Assembly: GCA_964016885.1 (NCBI GenBank)
Contig: OZ024743.1
Span: forward strand, 264,864,001-264,928,000
Source of the DNA: Eledone cirrhosa
Lineage: Eukaryota
Reading direction: 5' to 3'
Length of the DNA: 64,000 bases
Made by a program: the position numbers and the translations under genes. The notes beneath the pieces are model-generated. The model ran no database searches. It saw only the letters and a program-made list of their open reading frames with translations, and was not told the origin of the DNA. Positions 1 to 14,190 of this stretch are shown one piece after another; the stretch's first letter is position 1, and every line of letters starts with the position of its first letter.

Positions 1-263
1 ATACTATTTATAACATGTGGTTATACAATAGCTCTATGAGAAAATTCGAGCTAAAAATCCAAGATCTCAGGGCTTTGCACACTACCAATAAACTTTTGTC
101 TAATTCTTTGTGGAAGTTGGAAATACTTAGACACAGAACATGTTTTATACTTACATTACCACTTAGCTTTTACTAGGTCTAAACGGTACAATTTCATGCA
201 GTTAACATCGGCAAATGGCGACGCCAAAGGCTGCAATCATCAGTAGAAATCTTGAAATTCTAG

Positions 264-299
<36 letters not shown>

Positions 300-1124
300 A
301 TAAAAATACATAAAAAAAGGTCAACACAAGAGAATAATACAATACGAAGATGATATCTATGTTATATGTGTATATATATATATATATATGTTATATGTAT
401 ATGTATATATATATATATATGTGTATGTGTGTGTATGTATGTGTGCGCACGCGTGTTTGTTTGCGTTTGTTTCTGTATATGTGTGTGTGCTTTTGTATGT
501 GTGCTTACCATGTTTCTATCCACCAAGCCCGTGTGCATGGCAGCATACTAGGTCAGTGGGACTAACTTTCAATGCCTCATTCCTTTCTCTAGACAGCAGC
601 TTCTAATATAAATGAAAAAATTCTTCTATTTATTCATTTATATATTTATTTATTCATATATCCATTAGCATATAAATGAACTTGAGAGATACATGCATCC
701 ACAACAGAAATTGTAGAAAAACCGTATTAATATCAAAACACATTTGCTCTTATCTGACGATCACTCACATATTCTCTCCATGTTTGAAACAAATAATCAA
801 ATCGGAATTTTATCGATCCTGTAGAATCTCAAGTGAGGCAAATTCCTGATAAGATTTATCATATTTGGTTTTGTAATCTATCTGATATCTCTGAGGCTGC
901 GCTTATTTTGTTTGTTAGTTGTGGCGTTGCTGTTTGTCGCGGGCAGCAGATCTTTTGCTATATTGTATATCTTATTTTACATAAACAAACAATAGTATCA
1001 ACCCTAATAATCAAAATGCATCACGGCCAGCCACACCTCCACCATTACCACCACCACCAGCACCACCACCCAAAACAAACAACAACAACAGTAACAACAA
1101 CAACATCACCACCTGAACCATAAT

Positions 1125-1146
1125 AACAATAATAATGATAATGATA

Positions 1147-1242
<96 letters not shown>

Positions 1243-1272
1243 GTGGTGATGATGATGATGTTGATAATAATC
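1125..1272. repeat. (ATG/GAT)n trinucleotide microsatellite
   Basis: Long perfect gat run; source of the poly-M/poly-H/poly-I ORFs. Confidence 0.97.
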
Positions 1273-2021
1273 ACCATCATCTTCCATATCCACACTGCCA
1301 ATATTCATCGTATTGTTTTAATTATATTATGAATATAGAAACGTGTATACTTATTATCATTAATAAAAATCTTTTAACCCTGAAACTAATTACCTTGTAG
1401 ATCTGATGATATAATGTTTCTGCTAATCCATAGCCGTTATTTTCCTCAATGATAATCTATATTATAGGAAGATGGCATGGGGAGAATGCGCACTTATTTA
1501 ATGTCTCAACGAGGAGGTGAACACAGTTTTGTATTGCTTATTCGGTATTTCATTTATCCTATGTGTATTTACAGACAGTGAACCATATTCTTGGAACACT
1601 TGTAAAAGTGACGCTGTCTTGCAATGAACTGAGGTTGATCTTTGCAATTTGATTTTCACATTCTAATGTCTCCATTTCTTGGGTGGGTTGAGTTTCTACT
1701 TAAGTTTTAGCAATGTCCTATTTAATTTGGTTCTATTTCTTCTATCTTCATTTCATAAGAACATTTTTATTCTCTGAAAATTCGGTGTGTACATTTGTGT
1801 GGTTGTATTTGTTTGTGTATGTGAGAGCAAGTGTGTGTGTCAGTCTTTTCTCGCTGAGATAAAGTCAGAGGCTTGAATTATTGATATAAGTTCTATATTC
1901 ATATTTGTTTAAAGATCCCTTTCTGAATCGATTTCTAGTAAGCTCTCTTTTAATTTCTGTCTCGGTACATTTTTTATTGCTGTTAAATATGTGTTATTGG
2001 TGATTTTAGGGATATAGGCGC

Positions 2022-2160
2022 TGAGCAGGCGAGCCGCAGATGTGAGATTCACGAGAAGGAATAGCTCCTCCAGCGAATCTGCCTTACCATCTTCCGGGGA
2101 AATGCCTTCTCCATTCTGTCCGCTGGGAACGTGGGGCGTCCAGCGCGTGGGACCCCATTT
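2022..2160 (+). mobile_element. Short remnant of the 3' end of the CRE-type retroelement seen at 27781-28382
   Basis: ataggcgctgagc...gggaaatgccttctccattctgtcc...gggaccccat aligns by eye with 28236-28368. Confidence 0.7.
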
Positions 2161-2844
2161 GCTCATAATAGTGAAAGATGGGGATGGCGAGAGAGATACA
2201 GGCGATGACAGTGGGAATTCGGCTCCTGTGTTTTCGGACCTGGTGTACGTGTATGTGCATGCTTACTGTCTTATCATATATACATATTTATACTTTACAA
2301 TAGACCTCAGAGTAACACTTATTCTCTCAACAAAGAGCTGATGAAACATGGTCAGAATATTGTATTTACTTTTATTTGTCACGTATTCATCGCAGATCTG
2401 AGTGACATATATCTTTCTCTTGACATCGGAATTTTTGTTTATGTAATTCTACATTTATAATGTTACATTGTAGGTGATAGTTGCAGCATGTCTAGATCTT
2501 GGGTCATCTTTAAGACTTTTTCTTCCACTCCATGTTAACACGGCTGCCTATAATGTTTCCCGTACTCGAGTTTTTGCCGCACTGATGCAGCACTAAGGTG
2601 CACTGCACCATCCTTCTGCATATATTATGCAACAATGCACAATCGGCTTAGGTGATAAACACAGGTACTTGATAAAACCACGATATCAAATTTTGTCCAT
2701 TTTAAAAGCGGGTCGCTTCTGACAACTTTCGAATTATTCTTTAAACGGACATGTCAGTTTACCTGGAAATAGACAATGCAGTTATTAATAAGAATGGTAA
2801 TTAATGCATACTAGATTTCACAGCAGCCCTAACTTCACTCCTTC

Positions 2845-2929
<85 letters not shown>

Positions 2930-2935
<6 letters not shown>

Positions 2936-5551
2936 ATGAATATAAAATGAAAGTGCTTTTATAGAGGAATTTATTAGGTATTGACATGTTTCTGTAACAG
3001 ACGGAATACCTATGTATCGCTGCTTGCGTAATCATATAATGTTAGCAAGTATTCGATAGCAAATGTATAATCAGTTGTCACTTCTTCAGAGATATTGGAT
3101 ACATTGGAAAAAATCAGAAAAATTAAAGTATTTATATCAGTTGTAAGAAAGGAAGAAGAGAATTGATAGTATATGACAAATGGCAATTCAATTTGCTGGT
3201 AAACAAGTATATAGAAGGTTTTTAATGAGAATACAATGAGTATATGGCTTATTTTATCTACATAAGAATTTTTGGGAGTGCCTATTTTAATCTATATTTG
3301 ACCAATTGAACAATGGACAGGGCTGGTCGTTTGGTGTAGTAGTATTAATAGAGATATAAAGTGTCAAGTAAGGAAGAGAGATATTTTCACTGCTACTGTA
3401 TAACAACAATGCTGCTAGCCTGCTGGTATATGCATTAGGGAATTGAATTAAGAAATCTCATTTTATCTATAGCAGTTTATATTACATGGAAAAGAATAGA
3501 AGATTTGATAGAATTAAGACTAATAGAGAATGTTAATATGTATTTTGACAATCAAATGGAGATGGAGACAGGCGTTCAATCCTGGTAGCGTTTGTAATAT
3601 GAAAATGTAGATTTCAAGCGATGGTTACAGTATAACGATCGCTCTATTCTGTTATTTAATAAAATATTTTTGGATTTCATAATAGAAAATATTTCCATAC
3701 TACACCATTTACAAAATTCCTGTCCTTGGAAATATGTAGGGGCAAATGTAATTGTGTCCCATTTTAAGTTAAATTGTTGTTTATCTTCGCGCAGCTGCCA
3801 AGCCTTGTATGCGAGTGTTGTTACATAACGCTAGTTTTCATGTTTTATCGAGTAACGATGTCTGTTGGTTTTAATAGAGTTGTTATAGACCGGGTTGTAC
3901 CATATATACTCTTTACATCGCCTTCTGTTTGGTGTTGTGCGACTATTAGTGTGTTTATTGCGGTAGTGCATGTATGGTGCTGATTATATGCTATTTCTAC
4001 CTCAATAAGATTTATTTTGGGTGTTTTGGTGATCGTCGACTATATACTCTATATTATCTATGTGTCCAGCCTTCCTAAGTGCATCATCATAATATTCGGA
4101 ATGTTCTTTGAAGGTTTTCTGGTTGGACTACAGGCGGGAGATTCTAAGGGAAATATGATACAACCCGGTTTATAACAACTCTATTAAAACCAATCTACCC
4201 TCACAATTCTTTCGATTAGTTAAAAAACATTTTCCCACATCACATAAATATAATAAAATCTGAATCCCTAACACTATTCGACTTTCATATTCAACGCCCC
4301 TAATATTGAACAACATATAAAAAAGCTTAAAGCAAAACGGTTGTATAAACGCCTTCCAACACATAACAATACACGTAAAACATCGACTATAACATCACAA
4401 AACAACAAACAACATCCCGTCCTGCATAATCAACCTCATCAAACCATCCATGGTAATACAACAACGCATAATTATAACTGTAACTGTGTCCAACCAGGAA
4501 TGTGTCCGTTGAACAATCAGTGTCTTGAACGCAACATCATATACAAATGTACTATCGAATCGGGTAGCCAGAAGTGGTACTATGTGGGATCTTCAGCTAC
4601 CTCCTTCAAATCTCGCTTTTATAGACATCGTTACTCGATAAAGCATGAAAACCAGCGTTATGTAACAACACTCGCAGACAAGGCTTGGCAGCTGCGCGAA
4701 AATAACCAACAATTTAACCTTTAATGGGATATCATTTCTTCTTTCCTCTGCATATCCAAGGACAGGAATTTTGTTAATTGTGTTATATGGAAATATTGTG
4801 TATTATTAAATCCAAAAATATTTTATTAAATAACAGAATAGAGCGATCGTTATGAAATAACCATCGATTGAAATCTACATTTTCATATTACAAACGCTAC
4901 CAGGATTGAACGCCTGTCTCCATCTCCGTTTGATTGTCAAAATACATATTATCATTCTCTATTAGTCTTAATTCTATCAAATCTTCTATTCTTTTCCATG
5001 TAATATAAACTGCTATAGATAAAATGAGATTTCTTAATTCCCTAATGAATATACCAGCAGGCTAGCAGCATTGTTGCTATACAGTAGCAGTGAAAATCTC
5101 TCTCTTCCTTACTTGACACTTTATATCTCTATTAATACTACTACACCAAACGACCAGCCCTGTCCATTGTTCAATTGGTCAAATATAGATTGAAATAGGC
5201 ACTCCCAAAAATTCTTATTTAGATAAAATAAGCCATATACTCATTGTATTCTCATTAAAAACCTTCTATATACTTGTTTACCAGCAAATTGAATTGCCAT
5301 CTGTCATATACTATCAATTCTCTTCTTCCTTTCTTACAACTAATATAAATACTTTAATTTTTCTGATTTTTTCCAATGTATCCAATATCTCTGAAGAAGT
5401 GACAACTGATTATACATTTGCTATCGAATACTTACTAACATTATATGATTACGCACGTAGCGATACATAGGTATTCCGTCTGTTAGAGAAACATATGTCA
5501 ATACTTAATAAATTCCTTTATAAAAGCACTTTTATTTTATATTCATCTTTT
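2930..5551 (+). mobile_element. Penelope-like element, 5'-truncated, with an inverted copy of its 3' part (fold-back)
   Basis: 2930-3863 is the reverse complement (a few % diverged) of 4623-5551; the centre and right arm encode a GIY-YIG domain; near (TA)n/(GA)n tracts. Confidence 0.88.
4341..4880 (+). pseudogene. PLE GIY-YIG endonuclease fragment (stop at 4724, decayed continuation)
   Basis: CNC..CPL...CL..NIIYKC...YYVG.S..SFKSRFYRH motif typical of Penelope endonucleases. Confidence 0.88.
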
Positions 5552-5655
5552 CTACATTTTCTCCGGAATATAATTTATACTCGTTGAGCAAACCTACACG
5601 TACGCTGATCATCTCTAACGTGACGGTATATTATCACTATTTTATTGATAACTTG

Positions 5656-5755
<100 letters not shown>

Positions 5756-6200
5756 GCGCGCGCATGTGTGTGTGTATGTATGCTATATTAAGGTATTGAT
5801 TCATATTAAATGTATGACGATCGAGATTCTCAATTCTCAATGACACAATGGGCCTTATTTCAGAGAATCAATTGTACATTTTTGAAAACATATGGAGAGA
5901 GAAAAAGGCATATATCATTTGAGAAACTCGAATGATATAAGCCTTTTTGTGCTATATATGTCTACACTAATTTGTTGACATATATGGCACAAAATAAAAA
6001 TACAGAGGAAAGTAAACGTACTTTAAGGGGCAACACTTTTATAGATCGCCATACGACCGTGTCGTAATTCCAAGGAACGAGGCAACCATCAAACTAAGTA
6101 ATAATTATCGATTGCCAACTATCAATTTTAATAACACATCAAAACCATGATCTACTCACCAGTGGGGATATTCTTAATAACTGTCTCACAATGTAGTAAA

Positions 6201-6564
<364 letters not shown>

Positions 6565-6632
6565 ATATATATAATGAAGGACTAATTTTATTCATATGTA
6601 ACCCATGTGCAACAACGCAGCGCTCCATTTTT

Positions 6633-6692
<60 letters not shown>

Positions 6693-6990
6693 GTTCAAGA
6701 GTAACCAATCTTAAAGAGAGAGATGGAGATAGGAGAGGATATAGGAGAGGAGAGATTGGTGAATTAGTTAGAATCCAAAGCGTAAAGGCATGTGCTCAAT
6801 GTGCAATATGCAGTAGAAAGCAGCTAGGTGGCTGGGTTCATGCAGAAGTTAGGCGCGCAGAGCTGGAAATATTCATTAGTTAAGCAAAACAAGACCACAC
6901 ATTTCACGAGGAAGACATTATTAAGAGAGTTTCAACATATTTTAGTTTGATGTAAAGAATGTAGAGAATAATAATAATAATATTAATAAT

Positions 6991-7175
6991 AATTGTTTCT
7001 ACTTTTGGCACAAGGCCAGCAATTATTCAGTGCATTACTGGTACTTTATTTTACCGACCCCGTAAGGATGAAAGGCAAAGTCAACCTTGGCGGGATTTGA
7101 ACTCAGATCGTAAAGGGACGTAACTATTCTGGAAAGCATGGCGTCCGACCCTCTACCGATACTGCCAATCCACGC
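6991..7175 (-). mobile_element. tRNA-derived SINE (MetaSINE-like core, tentative) with (ATT)n tail
   Basis: B-box gagttcaaatccc, core gcctttcatccttacggggtcggtaaaataaagtaccag, tail ggccttgtgcc..gaaacaattatt; several copies in the window. Confidence 0.85.
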
Positions 7176-7699
7176 TAATAATATTAATAATAATAATATC
7201 CGTTTACAATTGTTTCGCTACTCCATATAATATTTCTGGATCAGATGATAATATATCATTATTGATCTGGTTCAGTTGAAAATAATTAACATATTTAAAA
7301 ACAGAGCGGCTCATCGGAACTTCAAAGGAATATAAATTAAAATAAGGAGAGAATGTTACATAAAGTAATGTTTCATATATTGGTATTTCACTATGGTGAC
7401 CTCGGTGTATCAATTGTCAGCCATAATCAAGCAGTATTCATCTGTCGAGGCTGCATTGTGTGGGATCTGCCTATGCGTAAAAAGATGGCCGCCAAAGGAC
7501 ATATTTACCTTACTAATTAGAGGGTGGTTTCAGGGGAAGTAACTCCTCGAGAGATTAGAAATTGTGGGTAGTTTATAGTCAAGTGCTAATTTTTAAATTT
7601 TTTAATTGAGAGACAATGTAGGGGAGGTAACTTATAATTATCTAAGTTAGTTATAGCTATTTAACTTATTAGCTACAAGTAAAAATGTGGCTAGATGAC

Positions 7700-9050
7700 T
7701 ATGTTGGGTCAAATATTCTGTTGGCGAAGGAATTAGCCCTTCGACGTTGACAGCTAATGGTTACCTCTGTTCTATCGTTAATCGGTAGAGGTCGTGATAG
7801 AGTTATGTAATATGCTTCGGTAATACAGGGATCACAAGAGTTTCTTCGTCCATTGAACAGTTGGGCCCTAGCTACGATATCCCATTTTAGTGAGTGTTCA
7901 ATGTTGCTTAATTTAAAGTTTTTAATGAACCTAGCTAGAGATGTCGAAAATCTGTTGCTAGGGTCTCGGAAGGAAAAAGAGTGCGGGTTATAGCGTACCT
8001 TAAAAGGGTTAGACCCGATATAAAAGCTGGTATTCGAAGCAGTTTTAACCGTGCACCTATAGACTATGTTGGGTGTCAGGCAGTGGCCATTTAAGGGGCA
8101 TACATTAGGGTAACGGCAGTTGCAGTTGCTTCTGCGGTTAGTGAGAGTAGGGTAGTTTAACCTAAGCGGTTGGTCAGGGATAGAAGGATTAGATGAGGGA
8201 GGTGTGCTACTAGAGTAATTATTGGTGTAGTGGAGTGGTGTATTTGATAGGGGTGGTGGTACCGCGGTGTGGGAGTTATACTGTCTTAGTTTATGATGGT
8301 TACTGAATGCGATGTGGCTAGCTAGGTTAGGTGTTGTGGAGAATAAGATGTTAATGTTATTTTTATTAAATAGTTTGTAACATCTATGTTGGGGGGGGGG
8401 TTTAGATAGGATAGAGAAGAAGCGTTTAGGGATATTAGTGGCTAGATTAGATGAGAATGGCTAAGCCAGGTGATATTTCTAGGTCTATTCCTTCTAGGGA
8501 TTCTAGTGGAGTTGGTAGGGGCCTTCCTAGGGTTATTATTACCCGGGGATTTGTTATTTGTCATCCCATTTCTCATTCCTATTCTAGGGTTGATTTTTAG
8601 TTTGCTACTTTGAGTGGGGAGCAGCCCGCTGCCACCATTAAACTTCCCTGTATAGGTGCTGTTACTGCTAAAATTGCGGCGAATCTGGTTATATGCTAAG
8701 GTATTTCTAGTTCTAGTGTTAAGTTTATTATGGTGAATTGCTGTGTTATGGCATTTAGGTATCTAGTAAATGGATTGTTCATAACCAGATTCAGAAAGAG
8801 CCTTATTATAATATTGTGCATGGTTTATAAATATCTCCTCATTTGCTGATAGCATGGAGATCCTATACGAGATAGATTTGATTACCGTTTTGATGACTGA
8901 CGGTGGGTGGTTAGAGTGTGGGCTAATATATGTGAGTATTTCACTTGGTTTATGGTAAGGGTAATATAGGTTATTGTTGAGATCCAGGGTGACGTCTAGG
9001 AAGTTTACTACTTTATTGTTCGGCTCGATGGTGATAGAGAGACCGTTATT
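7700..9050 (-). mobile_element. Decayed Penelope-like element: RT thumb plus GIY-YIG
   Basis: Minus-strand translation gives ITIEPNNKVVNFLDVTLDL..YPYHKP...SNHPPSVIK..ISYRIS.LS and CNCRYPNVCPLNGHCLTPNIVYRC...FYIG. Confidence 0.88.
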
Positions 9051-10326
9051 TTAATTTATATTCATTTGAAGTTCCGATGAGCCGCTCTGTTTTTAAATAT
9101 GTTAATTATTTTCAACTGAACCAGATCAATAATGATATATAGTCATCTGATCCAGAAATATTATATGTAGTAGCGAAACAAGTGTAAACGAACATTCAGT
9201 AATGCACTGGGTAATTGCTGGCCTTGTGCCTAAAGTAGAAACAATTATTATTAATATTATTATTATTATTCTCTACATTACTTACATCAAACTAAAATAT
9301 GTTGACAATCTTTTAATAATGTCTTCCTTGTGAAAGTTGTGGTCTTGTGTTTTGCTTAACTAATGAATATATATATATATATATATATATATGGGGAGGG
9401 TCATATTTGCGTAATATTGCCAGAATTAATAACAGAACACACTCACTGTTTGGTTGGTTTTCGCTTCTCGCTGTCTTTTATATATATATATCTGCGATCT
9501 AACTTACTCGGTCCTCAATGTTGCCATTGACTGACCGGCGGTCAAAAATAATACAGATACAATATAGACAAACACATATATATATAGTTTACATAAATCT
9601 TTCGTTGCACATCTGCAACATCGTCAGTGGTGTTATATTCATTGTTCCTCCTGTTGTGTTGTATGTCTACGCCATTTTTTTTGTTCAGTCTGTCTATATA
9701 TTTATTTATTTATTTGCTTGTTTGTTTATCTTATTTTATTTTGTCTTCTTTGCGCATGCGTTTGCGTGTGTGTATAGTGTTATGTGTGATGTGTGATGTG
9801 TGACTAGTGTGTATAGTGTTGTCTGCTGGGTGACTAGTGTGTGTTTATGTGCTTGTGTATGTATTTATTTATCTTATTTTATTTAATTTAATTTACTTAT
9901 TTATTTATACTTCTCTTAGGTCAGTGTTGTTTGTTTGGGTGTTGTTGTTGTTCCACTCATTCTTTCTGTTTAGCTTTGGTCTTCTAATTTCTATTTCACT
10001 GGCCTCTCTGATTTGCCTATCTGCTGGGTCATTCCTATGTTTAGATATCATTCTAATTTCTATGTTGTCTATGTTACCGTCATGATGTTGTCTAGCATGT
10101 TCGTATAGTACTGACCCGTTTTTTCGTCCTTTTAGTTCCCCCCAGTGTTGGTCTATCCTTTCACCTATGCTACGAGCTGTCTCACCTATGTATGTTGTTG
10201 TCGTGTTTCTGCAAGTACCCTCTGTACATCTTATGCTATAGACTACGTTTCTAGTTTTACAGTTTATCCGGGGGTTCACCTTACATATGATACATTTCCT
10301 ATTGGTACAGTGGGTTTTCTTAAAAG

Positions 10327-11054
10327 TATACGAAGGAGTATACGAAGGAGCCATGGAAAAGTATAAGACCCTCATAGAACTGGACATGAAAGGAATTTGC
10401 CCACTATACAGGAGCAAATCATGGAATAGCTTAGATAGGGCTAGACATAAGATAGGGAAGGCCACATCATGGTACGACAACCAGAGATATCAGAGTGTCA
10501 TGTTTGTGGACGCCACCCCTGGAGGGAAATTAGCTAACCAGTGTAGAAAGGCCCTGAGAAAGACCCACTTAAAAATAAAGGTGGTAGAAAAGCCAGGAAC
10601 CACCATAAAATCCCTGATCAGCAAAACCTACCCTTTTAAGAAAACCCACTGTACCAATAGGAAATGTATCATATGTAAGGTGAACCCCCGGATAAACTGT
10701 AAAACTAGAAACGTAGTCTATAGCATAAGATGTACAGAGGGTACTTGCAGAAACACGACAACAACATACATAGGTGAGACAGCTCGTAGCATAGGTGAAA
10801 GGATAGACCAACACTGGGGGGAACTAAAAGGACGAAAAAACGGGTCAGTACTATACGAACATGCTAGACAACATCATGACGGTAACATAGACAACATAGA
10901 AATTAGAATGATATCTAAACATAGGAATGACCCAGCAGATAGGCAAATCAGAGAGGCCAGTGAAATAGAAATTAGAAGACCAAAGCTAAACAGAAAGAAT
11001 GAGTGGAACAACAACAACACCCAAACAAACAACACTGACCTAAGAGAAGTATAA
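10327..11054 (+). CDS. C-terminal part of a PLE polyprotein with GIY-YIG endonuclease (5'-truncated, open frame)
   Basis: MFVDATPGG.LA..C, C..C..C..NC...NVVYSIRC...YIGETARSIGERI.QH, RQIREA.EI...P.LN.K.EW. Confidence 0.88.
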
Positions 11055-11325
11055 ATAAATAAGTAAATTAAATTAAATAAAATAAGATAAATAAATACAT
11101 ACACAAGCACATAAACACACACTAGTCACCCAGCAGACAACACTATACACACTAGTCACACATCACACATCACACATAACACTATACACACACGCAAACG
11201 CATGCGCAAAGAAGACAAAATAAAATAAGATAAACAAACAAGCAAATAAATAAATAAATATATAGACAGACTGAACAAAAAAAATGGCGTAGACATACAA
11301 CACAACAGGAGGAACAATGAATATA

Positions 11326-11375
11326 ACACCACTGACGATGTTGCAGATGTGCAACGAAAGATTTATGTAAACTAT
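11326..11375 (+). ncRNA. Degenerate type I hammerhead ribozyme in the PLE 3' region (mirror copy at 9584-9633, minus)
   Basis: CTGACGA-T-GTTGCA-gatg-TGCAAC-GAAA; stems I and III are eroded. Confidence 0.5.
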
Positions 11376-11634
11376 ATATATATGTGTTTGTCTATATTGT
11401 ATCTGTATTATTTTTGACCGCCGGTCAGTCAATGGCAACATTGAGGACCGAGTAAGTTAGATCGCAGATATATATATATAAAAGACAGCGAGAAGCGAAA
11501 ACCAACCAAACAGTGAGTGTGTTCTGTTATTAATTCTGGCAATATTACGCAAATATGACCCTCCCCAAATATAACAATATCTGTTTCGACACACGATTTC
11601 ATATAAAAAACCTCGCAAAACTAATTCATCGCCG

Positions 11635-11725
<91 letters not shown>

Positions 11726-11784
11726 TATATGTTTTGCAATGTTTTTGATATGCAATCGTATGTCGAAACAATTATCCTTATACT

Positions 11785-12042
11785 TGGGGAGGGTCGTATT
11801 GTTATAATATTGGCAGAAATAATAACAGAACATACTCACTATTTAGTTGATTTTCGCTTTTGTATCTTTTATATCTCCATAGTTAATTTATTTGGCAATC
11901 AATGTTTATCATTGTTTGACCAGCGGTTAAACATACAGATATATATAGTCAATCAAATCTCTTTCGTCGCACATCTGCAGCATCGGCAGTGGTACTATTT
12001 TGTTTCCTCCCATTGTATTGTAATGTTTACAACATTTTTATT

Positions 12043-12097
<55 letters not shown>

Positions 12098-12995
12098 TTC
12101 CTGCCCCTGTCTCTGCACATGCGCTTGCGTGTGTGTTCGCGTTTGAGTGTATGTTTTTTGTTTTTTATTCTGACTTTGTTCACTAGTGTGTGTTATATGT
12201 GTTTGTTGTTATTGTACTTGTGTATATATCTATTTATTTTTTTATTTTTTATTTATATTTCCCATAAATCAGTATTGTTTGTTGGGGTATTCTTGTTGTT
12301 ATTCCATTCGTTCTTTCTGTTCAACTTTGGTCTTCTTACTTCTATCTCAGTTGCTTCTCTGATTTGCCAGCCTGTAGATTCATTTATAATATATGCTTAG
12401 ATATTATTTCTATGTTGTCTATATTACCGTCATGTATTTGCCTGGCGTCTTCATATAGTACTGAATCGTATTTCTTTGTCCTTTTAGTTCCCCCTAGTGT
12501 TGGTCTAATATTTCTCCTATGGTTCGAGCTCTCTCGCCTATGTATGTCGTTGTCATGTTTCCGCAACTACTCTCTGTAAATATTATGCTATAGACTACAT
12601 ATCTAGATTTACAATTTATCTGGGGGTTCATTTTACATATAACATATTTCTTATTTGTACAGTGGGGCTTCTTAAAGGGGTATGTATTGCTGATCAGGGA
12701 GTTTATGGTAGTTCCTGGTATTTCTACCACTTTAATCTTTAGATGGGTCTTTCTGAGGGCCTTTGTACATTGCTTAGCTAATTTCCCTCCAGGGGTAGCA
12801 TCCACGAACATGACACACTGGTATCTCTGGTTGTCGTACTATGAAGTGGCTTTCCCTATCTTATTTTTAGTCCTATCTAAGCTATTCCATGATTTTCCCC
12901 TATATAACGGGCAAATTCCTCCCCATAAACCAAACAGTGAGTGTGTTCTGTTATTAATTCTGGCAATATTACACAAATATGACCCTCCCCAAGTA
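11785..12995 (-). mobile_element. Older, diverged copy of the same PLE family (GIY-YIG remnant with frameshifts)
   Basis: ORFs 12494-12811 and 12384-12566 are homologous to 10287-11054; terminal ggggagggtc motif shared. Confidence 0.88.
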
Positions 12996-13032
<37 letters not shown>

Positions 13033-13249
13033 GTCGGAAGAAGAATATTAAACTTGGTGTCAAAAAACGTTTACCAGCCAGGTCACATGTAAAATGGCTA
13101 GAAGAATCTCCGAAATCCAGTCCCAAATAAATCAACTGAGGTAACTAATAAAATTCGGTGTAGTTATATATTGTTAGGTATCGATACATATTAGATGTAT
13201 AACAATCATGTTATATATCTATATCTCTCTCTATATATATATATATAGT

Positions 13250-13460
13250 AATAATAATAATAAATTGGAGACTAAAATCCAAAGAGGGCTCGATAAGGAT
13301 AAATGTATATCAAACATAAGTATCGTCTTCCTGTCTTCCTCCGGTTGCAACGTTTTTTGAAATATTCACTTCTGCGTTTACAGATTGACTTTGTTAGTTT
13401 CAGAAGATCCCGTTAAGAGTGAAAGCAGCGGTACTTTGCTTAAACTTTAATCTGTTATTT
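13250..13460. repeat. Dispersed repeat, second copy at 62170-62450, both TA-flanked
   Basis: gactaaaatccaaagagggctcgataaggataaat...gtgaaagcagcg..ctttgcttaaactttaatctgttattt shared. Confidence 0.85.
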
Positions 13461-13526
13461 TAATAAATATATATATATATATATATACATGTGTGCGTGT
13501 GTGTGTGTATGTTAATATATATACAC

Positions 13527-13627
<101 letters not shown>

Positions 13628-13654
13628 AATTTTGATAACTTTGATAGGTTTCGT

Positions 13655-14190
13655 CCAGTATTGTCCCATGCCATGTCTAACTTAGAAGCACCACCTCGTG
13701 AAGTCTTTCAAATAAGGATGTGGACACCATGGCCCACTCAAGAAGGGAGTTATTGTTTGTGGAGACATATCCGGGTGTAGAAGGTTTATCCAGAATTTCT
13801 TGAAGTAATTTGTCCAAAGATCTCTTGAACTTTATGGGTTCTGTTTCTGTTTTAATGTGTTTTGGTGTAACGGTAAATGCAGCGGGGCTAATTGGAGTGA
13901 AATAATTGTGTCCTATTGTTAATTTGAGATACAAGTTTGATATTTGTTGTGGTTGGATAGCAAGTGGCCCAAGGCTTGTGTGTAGTTTAAAGGTGATGCT
14001 AAATTCATTTGGGCAATGTTGACCGAATATTTTCCATATTATGTAGCGCTCACGGCGGCGTTGGAGAGAATAAAGTTTGAGTTTTTCTATTCGACTCCAA
14101 TAGTCAAGGCCTGATATACCTATCTATCTTTTTCGGGATTGACCTTTGAGGACCTTCAATTTTCAGGATACTTTTGTTTCGTGTGGGGAG
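13655..14190 (-). mobile_element. 3' fragment of a CR1/L2-group LINE
   Basis: Minus translation DYWSRIEKLKLYSLQRRRERY and FKRSLDKLL..I.D.P..PGY....NSL. Confidence 0.75.

Larger units (their letters stand above)
6870..9370. repeat. Inverted repeat pair (6870-7326 and 9066-9370) enclosing a Penelope fragment
   Basis: attcattagttaagcaaaac...gctcatcggaacttcaa mirrors ttgaagttccgatgagc...gttttgcttaactaatgaat; the left arm has a full SINE, the right arm only its tail. Confidence 0.8.
9392..11567 (+). mobile_element. Young Penelope-like insertion forming a palindrome: 935-bp arms 9392-10326 and 10633-11567
   Basis: Mirror ORFs with identical translations (coordinate sum 20959); (TA)n close to both ends. 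Confidence 0.93.

Noticed and set aside
2335-2365. CTGATGA hammerhead core
   Set aside because: No stem II/GAAA/NUH arrangement follows
9905-10480. 191-aa minus-strand ORF as a separate gene
   Set aside because: Chimera of antisense spacer and the inverted arm of the PLE ORF
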